From Omnitrophica bacterium GWA2_41_15 (GTDB taxonomy: Bacteria > Omnitrophota > Gorgyraeia > Gygaellales > UBA12090), in assembly GCA_919902675.1 (NCBI GenBank), contig CAKKRH010000001.1, forward strand, positions 3 to 64,002: a DNA stretch of 64,000 bases, in the 5' to 3' direction. Within the stretch, counting starts at the first letter, position 1. Every line of letters begins with the position of its first letter. The translations under genes were made by a program, and so were the position numbers. A model generated the notes under the pieces. It searched no databases. It saw only the letters and a list, made by a program, of their open reading frames with translations, and was not told the DNA's origin. Shown here in pieces: positions 34,231 through 42,801 of the stretch.

Positions 34231-34902
34231 TTGATGAGCGAAAATCTTCTTAAGGAGTTGAGTGAATTAGGATTCCCTTTATTTAAAAGGGAAGAAAAGT
34301 CCCGCGCTGACTCTGTTTTGGCGCGCCTTGCCAAAAGTGGCGATTCCCGGCTCTGGGAGGGTTTTCCAGTGGTTTTGGCCAATAGCGTTGAAAAAGGCCT
34401 GCTTAATTACGAAAATGTCCTGCGTCAACTTAAACGAGCTTCTGATAAGTCAAAACTCAACGCCTTATTGGCAATGTCTTTGGCATTATATGAGGTTTTG
34501 GGTTTAAAATTTTCCTGGACAAAAAAGCTGTTAAATTCACTTTCCCCCCGGGAAAAGAAAGATTTTGATGATTTTAAAGAGAATCTGAAACGCGATTGCC
34601 TATTTACGGTTGCCGGGAGGGAAATGTCTGTCCAGCGGCTCAAAACAACTTTTAGTAATTATTTCTGGAAAAACCAAAGCGGCCTCAATGAATTGCTTTT
34701 GGTAAAGGAAGAATTAGGAGTGGAATACGCGTTATCCCAGGTATTTTCGCCGAAACAAAAAGAATTGTTTTTAAAGAAGTTAAAGAGCGAGAAGCTTACC
34801 AAGACAGAAAAAGAATACTTTTCCCGCTCGGTAAAAAAGAAGGCTCTGGCATTAGCCAATCCCGAACTGCACCGCCTTGCGCGAAAACTATTAGAAGCCT
34901 AA
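34231..34902 (+). CDS. hypothetical protein (partner of NTase-fold gene)
   Basis: 223-aa helical K/E-rich ORF 10 nt after the NTase gene. No family recognised. Confidence 0.35.
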   Translation: MMSENLLKELSELGFPLFKREEKSRADSVLARLAKSGDSRLWEGFPVVLANSVEKGLLNYENVLRQLKRASDKSKLNALLAMSLALYEVLGLKFSWTKKLLNSLSPREKKDFDDFKENLKRDCLFTVAGREMSVQRLKTTFSNYFWKNQSGLNELLLVKEELGVEYALSQVFSPKQKELFLKKLKSEKLTKTEKEYFSRSVKKKALALANPELHRLARKLLEA

Positions 34903-35077
34903 TGAAAAATAGGGGTTAGCGTAAATTCAGGTTGGCAGAATTGTGTGGGGAATGGAGAGAAGGCTTAGAAAACAGGTTGTGCCTCCATATCCTGATTGTT
35001 TTGACTCTGAGAATTATTGAAAGAAGCGAGAAAAATGTTTAGCGATCAATATGAAAATTCAATAAGATGTATTTTCC

Positions 35078-35305
35078 TTGATGCCGAATCAGCATAAGAA
35101 CCACAGGGTTAATCATTTGCGTGGTATTATAGCCGCGCGCAAGGGGTTTCGCTTTATGAGAGTGAATTGGAACAAGGTATATGTAGGGAAAGTATCGAAG
35201 AATGATGAGGGTTTCGCCAGGATGTCCCCGGCAGAAATGGTCTCTTTTATGTGGGAGCTTACGGCGGAAGTCTGGTCACTAAGAAAATCGCCTTATGTTG
35301 AATGA
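35078..35305 (+). CDS. small hypothetical protein (possible remnant)
   Basis: ORF ending ...FARMSPAEMVSFMWELTAEVWSLRKSPYVE. Its stop overlaps the fragment that follows (ATGTTGAATGA). Confidence 0.25.
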   Translation: MMPNQHKNHRVNHLRGIIAARKGFRFMRVNWNKVYVGKVSKNDEGFARMSPAEMVSFMWELTAEVWSLRKSPYVE

Positions 35306-35387
35306 AGACTACAAAGAGATATTACAAACCTTATTAAGCAATAAGGCGAAATTCCTCGTTGCCGTCCCGCCGTTTTTGTATGTTCTG
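35295..35387 (+). pseudogene. 5' fragment of a nucleotidyltransferase-type gene
   Basis: MLNEDYKEILQTLLSNKAKFLVAV looks like the N-terminus of small NTase proteins, but the frame ends after 30 codons. Confidence 0.35.
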
Positions 35388-35439
35388 CGGTAGTTGTGGG
35401 CAGGAAAGATATTATGAACGCGCCAAAACAGGGACAGCG

Positions 35440-36132
35440 ATGATTGCTTTTCTTAATTTAATTTTTTTGTTTATCTTAACACCTTCATTTATTTTTGCCC
35501 AAGAGCAGCAGATTGGGGGAAAAATTATTGAACACAATCTGCTCGATAATAAATATTTCTTGTCGACCCCTGAAAATTATATGCAAAATCACGGCCAACA
35601 AGACAAATATCCTTTAATTATAGGTCTGCATGGTTTTGGCGGACAGGCAAAAGGTTTTTTGTCTTTATGGTTTTATCCGGCCAAAGGAAGGGGATATTTT
35701 ATCGCGTGTCCCCAAATAGAGTATCGAACAGACAGGCGTTTAAATGAGAATTTTGTAAAGGATATGTTAAATCAAATAACAAAGGAATACCCTATAGATC
35801 AGCGTAGGATATTTCTAACAGGACATTCAGCGGGGGCACACTTTTCTTATTATTTATATTTAAAGAATTCCCTTTTATTTACGGCGAGCGCCCCTGTCAG
35901 CGGTATGTTGAGGGATTGGGTTGTTCCTTATATGCATAACGCAAAAGGTTTAAAGTTTTATCTTATCCAAGGCACAAAAGATAGCACTAATACAATGTCA
36001 GAGTTTGAAGGAACGTTATCTATATTAAAGGCAAATAAGGCGGATGTGATTTATGAAACATACGAAGGCGGCCATGAATATCCAAGGAATATAAGCGATA
36101 AAATTATTGATTGGTTTGATACATTTAAATGA
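35440..36132 (+). CDS. secreted alpha/beta hydrolase (esterase/dienelactone-hydrolase-like)
   Basis: Signal peptide MIAFLNLIFLFILTPSFIFAQ, GLHGFGG oxyanion region, and the TGHSAGA nucleophile elbow. Confidence 0.65.
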   Translation: MIAFLNLIFLFILTPSFIFAQEQQIGGKIIEHNLLDNKYFLSTPENYMQNHGQQDKYPLIIGLHGFGGQAKGFLSLWFYPAKGRGYFIACPQIEYRTDRRLNENFVKDMLNQITKEYPIDQRRIFLTGHSAGAHFSYYLYLKNSLLFTASAPVSGMLRDWVVPYMHNAKGLKFYLIQGTKDSTNTMSEFEGTLSILKANKADVIYETYEGGHEYPRNISDKIIDWFDTFK

Positions 36133-36171
36133 AAAGATATTATTGGTTCACTACTTTGAAACGCGCGAGGT

Positions 36172-36888
36172 ATGAAAGATTTTGAGGTTATTTTTGGTAT
36201 TCCTAAGCAAGAAGTAAAAAAGACCTGCGTGTTGATGCCTTTTCTCTTAAAAGAGGCCTTGAGGGAATTTAAGATAGGCCGTTTTTCAAGAGGAAAATTA
36301 TACGGCGCGGGTAATGGCCGGGATTTTACTCTAATTCATAGCGGTCCGGGTCCGGCTTTGACCGGGGATGTTGTATTGTATTTGAAAGATGCTGGCTGTA
36401 AAAACCTGATTCTCTTTGGTTCCTGCGGATTATTGGCAGAGAATAACGGCCTGGGTATAGGAAGTTTAGTCAGCCCGTCAAAGGTCTATTCTTTAGAAAG
36501 TTTCAGCCGGATGCTGGCTAACCAGGATATTGCTTCGGATGTTTATTATCCGGATAAAAAACTCTTAGAGGATTGGATTTCTGCCGCCGGAAGCTCAATA
36601 AAACAAATAACCTGCGCCACAGTCTCTTCCTTGAAATTAGAGGAGGAAAGAAAAGACATCTGGCTTAATCAGGGCATAGAGGCAGTGGATATGGAGTGTT
36701 CCGCCTTTTTTTCCGCCGCCAGCCACAGCGGCCTTAAGGCTATGGCTGTTTTCTATGTTACCGATATAATTGGGGTTAAGCCTTTCTATCAGGAGATAGG
36801 ATTAAAAGATAAAGCTAAAATCTCTCTGGCCAGAAAGATGGCCGCTGGTCTCTTATGCAAGTTTATTCAAGAGAATCTTCTCGCCTAA
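36172..36888 (+). CDS. nucleoside phosphorylase superfamily (PNP_UDP_1) protein
   Basis: HSGPGPALTGDVV, FGSCGLL, VDMECSAFF motifs resemble MTA/SAH nucleosidase and purine phosphorylase folds. Confidence 0.55.
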   Translation: MKDFEVIFGIPKQEVKKTCVLMPFLLKEALREFKIGRFSRGKLYGAGNGRDFTLIHSGPGPALTGDVVLYLKDAGCKNLILFGSCGLLAENNGLGIGSLVSPSKVYSLESFSRMLANQDIASDVYYPDKKLLEDWISAAGSSIKQITCATVSSLKLEEERKDIWLNQGIEAVDMECSAFFSAASHSGLKAMAVFYVTDIIGVKPFYQEIGLKDKAKISLARKMAAGLLCKFIQENLLA

Positions 36889-38195
36889 AGTCCGCCGAGG
36901 CATTGGTAAGAGAGAATTTCCCGCGATTCGGGGTGAACAAGAAACAGGAAATCACCCGCCTGCTTTATGAAATCTCCAAGCGCGAAGGGATTTTGCCGGT
37001 GGAGATCCTTGGGCCGCAAGATTTATCCGCGTCTTACCCGTGGATTAAGAAAACCCTCTTACAACGTCGTTATCCCTTAACTTATCAGGATCAGCCCAGC
37101 CTAAAAACCTATCTGCCTAAGCTCCGATTCCAGGCCTATCCGCTCAATAGCACTTTAGCGAAGAATAAAAAGTTTTATCCAAAAAAAGTTTTTATAGAGA
37201 AGTCGGTTATTTCCTCAGCCCTGGCCGCAAGGTTTAAGGGTTTTTTCCCTAAGGCTGATTTTGAGGAGATAGGGTCATTCAAAGAATACCGGGCGCAGAA
37301 TAAGGATTCCGGGATAGCCGATTACAATAAAAGACAGGAAACGGTCTTTATCGTCCGGGAAAACTACGACTTCTTCAAGAAATGCCCCTGCACCAAGTGC
37401 GCCTCGGCCTGCGGCTATCATATTTTTAACCTGGGCTTCGGCTGTATCTATGAATGCGTTTATTGTTACCTCCAGGAATACACCAATACCCCGGGGATAA
37501 TCCTGCCGGCGAATATCGGGGATTTTTTTAACGCCTTTAACGCTTATAAGAAAGAAGGTATGCGTATCGGAAGCGGCGAGTTTACCGATTCTCTGGCTTT
37601 GGACAGCTGGACCGGATATTCCCTTGAGCTGATAGATTTTTTCAATAAACACCCCCAGGTTACTTTTGAATTTAAGACCAAGAGCATAGAAATAGATAAC
37701 CTGCTTAGAACAAAACATGCCGGCAATATCGTAGTTTCCTGGTCGCTGAATCCCCAGAGGGTGATTGATGAGAACGAGTTTTTCTCCTCATCGCTTGAGG
37801 AAAGGCTGGCGGCGGCAAAAAGGTGTGTCGCCCGCGGATACAAAGTGGGTTTTCATTTTGATCCGATTATTTATTTCTCCGGCTGGCAGGATGAATACGC
37901 GCGGTTGATGGAGTCCTTATTTGCCGGGATAAAACCAAAAGATATTGCCTGGATAAGCTTAGGCACCTTGCGCTTTCGTCCGGAATTAAAGACGGTGATA
38001 GAGAGCCGTTTTCCGAATAATAAAATCCTTGATGAAGAGCTTTTATTGGGGTATGATAATAAATTAAGGTATTCGGATAAGATACGTTATAGCGTATATA
38101 GCTATATGATTAGCGCCATACGCGGTTATTCAAATGATATTGAACTGTACCTGTGTATGGAAGACAAAAATATGCGTTTGGATTTTAATTTGTAG
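36855..38195 (+). CDS. spore-photoproduct-lyase family radical SAM protein with about 105-aa N-terminal extension
   Basis: GCIYECVYCYLQ (CxxxCxxC). FYPKKVFIEKSV matches the usual SPL-family N-terminus but sits about 105 aa into the ORF. Confidence 0.65.
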   Translation: MQVYSRESSRLKSAEALVRENFPRFGVNKKQEITRLLYEISKREGILPVEILGPQDLSASYPWIKKTLLQRRYPLTYQDQPSLKTYLPKLRFQAYPLNSTLAKNKKFYPKKVFIEKSVISSALAARFKGFFPKADFEEIGSFKEYRAQNKDSGIADYNKRQETVFIVRENYDFFKKCPCTKCASACGYHIFNLGFGCIYECVYCYLQEYTNTPGIILPANIGDFFNAFNAYKKEGMRIGSGEFTDSLALDSWTGYSLELIDFFNKHPQVTFEFKTKSIEIDNLLRTKHAGNIVVSWSLNPQRVIDENEFFSSSLEERLAAAKRCVARGYKVGFHFDPIIYFSGWQDEYARLMESLFAGIKPKDIAWISLGTLRFRPELKTVIESRFPNNKILDEELLLGYDNKLRYSDKIRYSVYSYMISAIRGYSNDIELYLCMEDKNMRLDFNL

Positions 38196-38197
38196 CG

Positions 38198-38213
38198 GCG
38201 CGATTTATCGCGC
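38198..38213. repeat. small hairpin repeat TGTAGCGG-YGCGATTTATCGCRC (copy 2)
   Basis: GCGCGA ttta TCGCGC. It differs from copy 1 by a paired T-A to C-G change in the stem. Confidence 0.6.
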
Positions 38214-38224
38214 GGGGAGGCGAT

Positions 38225-38446
38225 ATGCGAGATAAGGTTTTAAAAGCGTTAGAAAAGGTAAAAACAATGCTTTCCGCCGACGGTGGTTCCGCCGAGCTGG
38301 TGGATGTAACTGCCGACGGCATAGTCAAGATAAGGCTGACCGGAGCCTGCGGGGGATGTCCGATGAGTTCAATGACCCTGAAGATGGGCGTGGAGCGGAT
38401 AATCAAGCAGGAAGTTCCGGAAGTAAAGAGCGTGGTGGCGGTTTAG
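38225..38446 (+). CDS. NifU C-terminal domain (Nfu-type) protein, second copy
   Basis: LSADGGSAELV and GACGGCPMS. Paralog of 3548..3766. Confidence 0.8.
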   Translation: MRDKVLKALEKVKTMLSADGGSAELVDVTADGIVKIRLTGACGGCPMSSMTLKMGVERIIKQEVPEVKSVVAV

Positions 38447-38623
38447 CCTATTCTTAAAATTGTCAGTTAATACTATAACCCCATATCTTAAGATAATTTT
38501 TTGTTATCAATGAGGTGTGGGGTTATTTTGTTAAAAAGAAGAATAGTGCTGTTTGCGCGTAATCATTTTATTAGATAAAATCAGAGAGGTATTTCTGTTA
38601 TAGGTTGAGGGGAGGCAGGGGAT

Positions 38624-39928
38624 ATGTTAAATAAAAGCGTTTTTGGATTTATGACGGTAGTTTTATCGTTAGGTATAGTTATTACTACTCCGGGAAAAAG
38701 TCCGGCTCAAGGTAATTCGCCGCCTAAATTATTCGATGCCGTTAAAGAGGATGTTAATAATCAGCCGACAAGTAAGGATAATCTGCAGGCGCGCCATCAT
38801 GTTTTGAGAATTTTATCCGGGATTCTTCTTAAGGAAACCGGCAGGGAGGACTTTGATAAGGTTTTTTCCCGGGAGAAAAATGATAAAATTATGGCCCTTA
38901 GCGAAGCCGGTAATTTTAAAGAGGCGGGAGAAATGATTGATTCCGCGCTCTTAGGATTATGCCGGTTAGGGGAAAAGACCTGGCTTGCGGATATCCGCAA
39001 GGTTAGTTTTGTGAGCCTGGAGGGGGTGAAAGTGGTTGGCTATCTTTTTATTCCCCCAAAACCGGTAAAAGCGGCTTTTATCTTTGGTCATGGGGGTTTC
39101 GGCTATAAGGAGAATTGGATTGACCTGATCAGGGAGATATCAAACAAGGCAAATGTTTACGCCTTGGCCATAGATTTCCAGGGCTGTGGCGAAAGCCAGG
39201 GTTATACCAAATGGCAGGGCCGGATCAAGGATTTCAGTTACGCGATAGATTATTTAGAAAAGGAATTCGGATTAACTAAGTTCGCTGTCGGCGGACACAG
39301 CGGCGGCGGGGCGTATCCGGCGGCCTGCGCGGCAATTAACGATGTCAGGATCTCGGCGCTTACGCTTTGGGATTGTCCCTTTGATTTCTACGATATGCAT
39401 ATAATTGAAGGGGCAACGGATCCCGGAGGAAATCCGGCTCCGCTGGTAGAGAGGACATATCTGGCGAATAAAGATAAAATATTGGTTCCCACAGAGGTCT
39501 TTAAATTCAGGGATATCCCCGGGCATTTAAACGAAATCTATGATGAGATTGAGGGAATTCTTAAAAACTACCGCCACCCCGCCAAGATGCTCGGGGAAGC
39601 CCAGAAGAAAAGGAAATTGGCGGTCTTACATATCATTGCCGAGGATGTGCTTAAGCCGATAGGGGATAATCGTATGGGCGAAACCTATTTTCTTCCTTTT
39701 GAAGATACCCAAGGAAGCCGTAAGCGTTTTCTGAACCGTCCTCTGGCGTTTTTTGCTTCCGGACTTTTTAATCGTCCGCAAGGGGCATGGAAGGAGTGGG
39801 AGGCGGATTTGTCTGAGCCGAAAAAATTTGTGATTATTGAGAACACCACCCACGGCTTTGAACCTCCGGGGAGAAACCAGGCCATAGAAGAAACCATATC
39901 CTGGCTTAAGCTTTATCTGGCTGCTTAG
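38624..39928 (+). CDS. secreted alpha/beta hydrolase
   Basis: Signal peptide, GHGGFG oxyanion region, and the GGHSGGG nucleophile elbow. Confidence 0.6.
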   Translation: MLNKSVFGFMTVVLSLGIVITTPGKSPAQGNSPPKLFDAVKEDVNNQPTSKDNLQARHHVLRILSGILLKETGREDFDKVFSREKNDKIMALSEAGNFKEAGEMIDSALLGLCRLGEKTWLADIRKVSFVSLEGVKVVGYLFIPPKPVKAAFIFGHGGFGYKENWIDLIREISNKANVYALAIDFQGCGESQGYTKWQGRIKDFSYAIDYLEKEFGLTKFAVGGHSGGGAYPAACAAINDVRISALTLWDCPFDFYDMHIIEGATDPGGNPAPLVERTYLANKDKILVPTEVFKFRDIPGHLNEIYDEIEGILKNYRHPAKMLGEAQKKRKLAVLHIIAEDVLKPIGDNRMGETYFLPFEDTQGSRKRFLNRPLAFFASGLFNRPQGAWKEWEADLSEPKKFVIIENTTHGFEPPGRNQAIEETISWLKLYLAA

Positions 39929-39968
39929 AAATTAGGTAAAATCATACATGTCCAAATTATGACATTGT

Positions 39969-40076
39969 CTCCGACGGGAATGCTATTTTGAGATTCGATT
40001 TTTAAAGTGTCATTGCGAGGCACGAAGTGCCGAAGCAATCCCGTCGGAGAGATTGCTTCGCTTCGCTCGCAATGAC
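39969..40076. repeat. nested inverted-repeat element (GTCATTGCGAG...CTCGCAATGAC type)
   Basis: CTCCGACGGGA/TCCCGTCGGAG (39969-79 / 40040-50), GTCATTGCGAG/CTCGCAATGAC (40009-19 / 40066-76), GAAGCAATC/GATTGCTTC (40032-40 / 40051-59). Confidence 0.65.
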
Positions 40077-40106
40077 GCTAATTTGGACAGCAATGAGGTA
40101 AAATCT

Positions 40107-40628
40107 ATGGAAGTTAAGATTGTCCGCAGTCCCAGGCGCAGGAGAACCGTCAGCGCCAGGTTGGTAAAGGATGTGCTTCTGGTGAATGCCCCGGTATTTA
40201 TGCCTGAGGCGCGTCTGGAAAAGATGGTGGCTAATTTTAAGGAGAGATTTCAGCGTAAAAGGCTGAAAGATGAGTTAAGCCGGAAGGAAAATTTGATCTC
40301 CGTTGCTCAAAGACTGAATGAGAAGTATTTTGAGAATAAGCTGAGTGTCAAGGTGATAGAGTATTCTATTAACCAGAACAGCAAATTTGGCTGCTGTAAT
40401 TACCGGACAGGGCATATCCGCATCTCGCATAGGTTGAGCCTGATGCCGGCCTGGGTGCGGGACTATGTGATAGTCCATGAGATGGCTCATCTGATTGAGC
40501 CGAATCACAGCCAGTCCTTCTGGGATATTGTGAAGCGCTACGAACTCTATGAAAGGGCCAAAGGCTATCTTATGGCTGTGGGGTTAGAGCGCGAGGGCCA
40601 GCCCGATGACGATTTAAACGATGAGTGA
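40107..40628 (+). CDS. M48/YgjP-like (DUF45) metallopeptidase
   Basis: VIVHEMAHLIEPNHSQSFW HExxH motif. ATG 40107 behind GAGG is preferred, because the track N-terminus MLRFARNDA... is translated repeat. Confidence 0.75.
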   Translation: MEVKIVRSPRRRRTVSARLVKDVLLVNAPVFMPEARLEKMVANFKERFQRKRLKDELSRKENLISVAQRLNEKYFENKLSVKVIEYSINQNSKFGCCNYRTGHIRISHRLSLMPAWVRDYVIVHEMAHLIEPNHSQSFWDIVKRYELYERAKGYLMAVGLEREGQPDDDLNDE

Positions 40629-41037
40629 TTTTGGGGTAAGCCTGGAAAAAGAAGACGCCTTGCGTCAAAAGATGGCCCGTTTAGGCATTCACAAACAGGA
40701 CATTATTGAGAGTTTTATTCGCTCCAAGGGCCCGGGCGGGCAGAATGTGAATAAGACCTCAACCTGCGTATACCTGAAACATATCCCCACCGGCACAGAA
40801 GTAAAGTGCCAAAAAGAAAGGACCCAGGTTTTAAACCGCTATATCGCCCGCAAGATTCTGGTAAATAAGATTGAAACTCTGGTCTTGGGAAAATTATCCG
40901 AAGAGCAAAAGCGTATTGAAAAACTACGCCGTCAGAAGCGCAAGCGTTCAAAAAGGGCCAAGATAAAAGTGCTGGAGGCCAAGCGCAGGCAGGGCCAGAT
41001 AAAGGCCCTGCGCGCCCCGGTGCGGGAGATTGGATGA
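40621..41037 (+). CDS. RF-1 domain protein (ArfB-like peptidyl-tRNA hydrolase / release-factor-like)
   Basis: SKGPGGQNVNKTST GGQ motif and a basic C-terminal tail. Confidence 0.75.
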   Translation: MSDFGVSLEKEDALRQKMARLGIHKQDIIESFIRSKGPGGQNVNKTSTCVYLKHIPTGTEVKCQKERTQVLNRYIARKILVNKIETLVLGKLSEEQKRIEKLRRQKRKRSKRAKIKVLEAKRRQGQIKALRAPVREIG

Positions 41038-41054
41038 ATAAGAATCCGGAATTG

Positions 41055-41063
41055 TGGTATAAT
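41055..41063 (+). promoter_or_regulatory. extended -10 promoter element
   Basis: TGgTATAAT (TG at 41055-56, TATAAT at 41058-63), about 60 nt upstream of azoR. Confidence 0.4.
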
Positions 41064-41121
41064 ATTTTAAAAGTAAATCGAAATAAGGTATATACGGGAA
41101 TAAAAGTCCAGGAGGCGGAAT

Positions 41122-41751
41122 ATGAAAAAGTTATTACATATCGTTGCCACTCCCAGGGGTGAGGACTCTCGGACTCTTAAGGTAAGCAGGGTCTTTTTAG
41201 AGGCCTTTATCAGAAAGAATCCCGATTGCGAAATTGACGAATTGAATCTGGCCGCGGAAAATCTTTCCAGCCTTAGCCTGAAGATGATTTCCGGTAAATA
41301 CGTTTTATTGGGCGGCAAAGAACTGGATGATAAGCTCAAAGAGGCCTGGAAGCCCATTGAGCGCCAGATCGAGCGTTTTTTGTCCGCTGAGGGATACTTG
41401 ATCAGCGCCCCGATGTGGAATTTTAGCATTCCCTATTCCTTAAAGCACTATATTGACCTGATTATCCAGCCAAAATATCTCTTTCGCTATACGGACAAAG
41501 GTGTTGAGGGTTTAGCCAAAAATAAAAAGATGGCGGTCATCACCAGCCGGGGAGGCGACTACAGCCCGGGGAGCGCTTTTAACAGTTATGATTTTCAGGA
41601 GCCGTATCTGCGCGCCGTATTCGGATTTGTGGGGATAAGCGATATTACCTTTATCAATGCCCAGCCGATGGACGCGTTAGGTGTAGAGGCGCAAAATGAA
41701 AAGATTGAGCAAGCTAAAGCATTAGCCGGAAAAATGGCGGAAGGTTTTTAA
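41122..41751 (+). CDS. azoR: FMN-dependent NADH-azoreductase
   Basis: MKKLLHIVATPRGEDS, ISAPMWNFSIP, ITSRGG motifs. Confidence 0.8.
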   Translation: MKKLLHIVATPRGEDSRTLKVSRVFLEAFIRKNPDCEIDELNLAAENLSSLSLKMISGKYVLLGGKELDDKLKEAWKPIERQIERFLSAEGYLISAPMWNFSIPYSLKHYIDLIIQPKYLFRYTDKGVEGLAKNKKMAVITSRGGDYSPGSAFNSYDFQEPYLRAVFGFVGISDITFINAQPMDALGVEAQNEKIEQAKALAGKMAEGF

Positions 41752-41910
41752 CCCGGAATTTGCAATAGTAATGGCATTCGCCGCCAAATAAGGGCGCATC
41801 TTCGTCAGAAAAAAGCGCTTACATACTAAAAGTATGCGCGCACTTTTTTCTGCCAAATCTGCATCCTTCTTTGGAGTCTCGGTGCCGCATTCCTATTGCA
41901 AAATCCGGGT
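41751..41910. repeat. 160-bp imperfect palindrome (MITE-like / long hairpin)
   Basis: ACCCGGAATTTGCAATAG at the left end pairs with CTATTGCAAAATCCGGGT at the right end. Inner CAGAAAAAAG...CTTTTTTCTG and the centre AGTATG region continue the dyad. Confidence 0.65.
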
Positions 41911-41929
41911 TTAACGAAAGGAGACAAAA

Positions 41930-42544
41930 ATGCAGGATGAAATGGATATTTTAAAAGAGGTGGGAACCATTGCCGCGGCCCACGGCGGAATCGCCCTGTC
42001 CGAGATTTTGGATAGAAGGATAAATCTGATTATCCCCTCGGTGGATATGGTTTCCTGCTCCCAGATGTCTAACAAATTAGGCAAGGGAAAATTAGGTATC
42101 GCGGTCATCTTTAAACTGCTTACCGGACTTAAAGGGGACGCGGTGTTTATTTTGGATGAGCAAAATGCCTTTAAACTGATAAGTATGTCTCATAAAACTA
42201 AAAATGACGAGAGAAGCCCGGCTGTCCTTACTGAGGTAGGCTTATCAACGCTGAAGGAAATAGGTAACATTGTTACCGGCGCCTACTTAAGCGCCATAGG
42301 CATAATGCTTAAGAAGGTGATCTTGACCTATCCTCCGACTCTGATTTCGGGAACCGTGGATGAGGTTTTTAATTTAGCCCTTTCTTCTTCAAAATCCGAC
42401 GATTACGCCCTGCTTATTGAGGCGATATTTGAAGAAGAGAATGAAAAGATAGAAGGCGGATTTTACCTGATAATATCCCAGGAATCCGCCGGGGATATTA
42501 AGAAGGCCTGCAAGCAAATGTTGGAAGACATAAACAAGAAGTAA
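41930..42544 (+). CDS. CheC/CheX-like chemotaxis phosphatase family protein
   Basis: DILKEVGTIAAAHGGIALSEIL and LKEIGNIVTGAYLSAI duplicated CheC-type motifs. Confidence 0.5.
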   Translation: MQDEMDILKEVGTIAAAHGGIALSEILDRRINLIIPSVDMVSCSQMSNKLGKGKLGIAVIFKLLTGLKGDAVFILDEQNAFKLISMSHKTKNDERSPAVLTEVGLSTLKEIGNIVTGAYLSAIGIMLKKVILTYPPTLISGTVDEVFNLALSSSKSDDYALLIEAIFEEENEKIEGGFYLIISQESAGDIKKACKQMLEDINKK

Positions 42545-42603
42545 ATCTTTAGCGCTCAAGAGGTAATACGTCAGTCATCGGGGGTATTTTTCTTCTCTGA
42601 TTC

Positions 42604-42666
42604 GGATAGGCGGGACATTCTTGTCCCGCCAGCTTCGGAGGCGGGGTTGGAAAACCCCGCCTATCC
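42604..42666. repeat. Y-shaped double-hairpin repeat element (copy B, intact)
   Basis: GGATA/TATCC outer stem, GGCGGGAC-attctt-GTCCCGCC, linker AGCTTCGGA, GGCGGGGTT-ggaa-AACCCCGCC. Confidence 0.75.
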
Positions 42667-42726
42667 AGAATTTTACAATGATTTTCCCCTATTCACTGAC
42701 CGGTTACCTCAAGAGGCAGATTTTAC

Positions 42727-42756
42727 TTGACATAGGGTGGGGGGGTATGGTATATT
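42727..42756 (+). promoter_or_regulatory. sigma70-like promoter with G-tract candidate CsoR operator in the spacer
   Basis: TTGACA 42727-42732, spacer TAGGGTGGGGGGTATGG, TATATT 42751-42756. The G-rich ...GGGGGGTAT resembles remembered CsoR operator cores. Confidence 0.45.
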
Positions 42757-42801
42757 TGAGTTAGGGAGTTCGGGGAGTTTAAGAGTTAGAGGGTTAAGCA
42801 G

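Noticed and set aside
40053-40106. N-terminal 18 codons (MLRFARNDANLDSNEVKS) of track ORF 40053..40628
   Set aside because: These codons are a translation of the nested inverted-repeat element. A good RBS and ATG at 40107 follow.
42757-42800. GAGTT-containing 8-9-nt periodic tract in the csoR 5' UTR, considered as another heptad array
   Set aside because: The period is irregular (8, 9, 8), not 7. It is noted as low-complexity leader sequence only.
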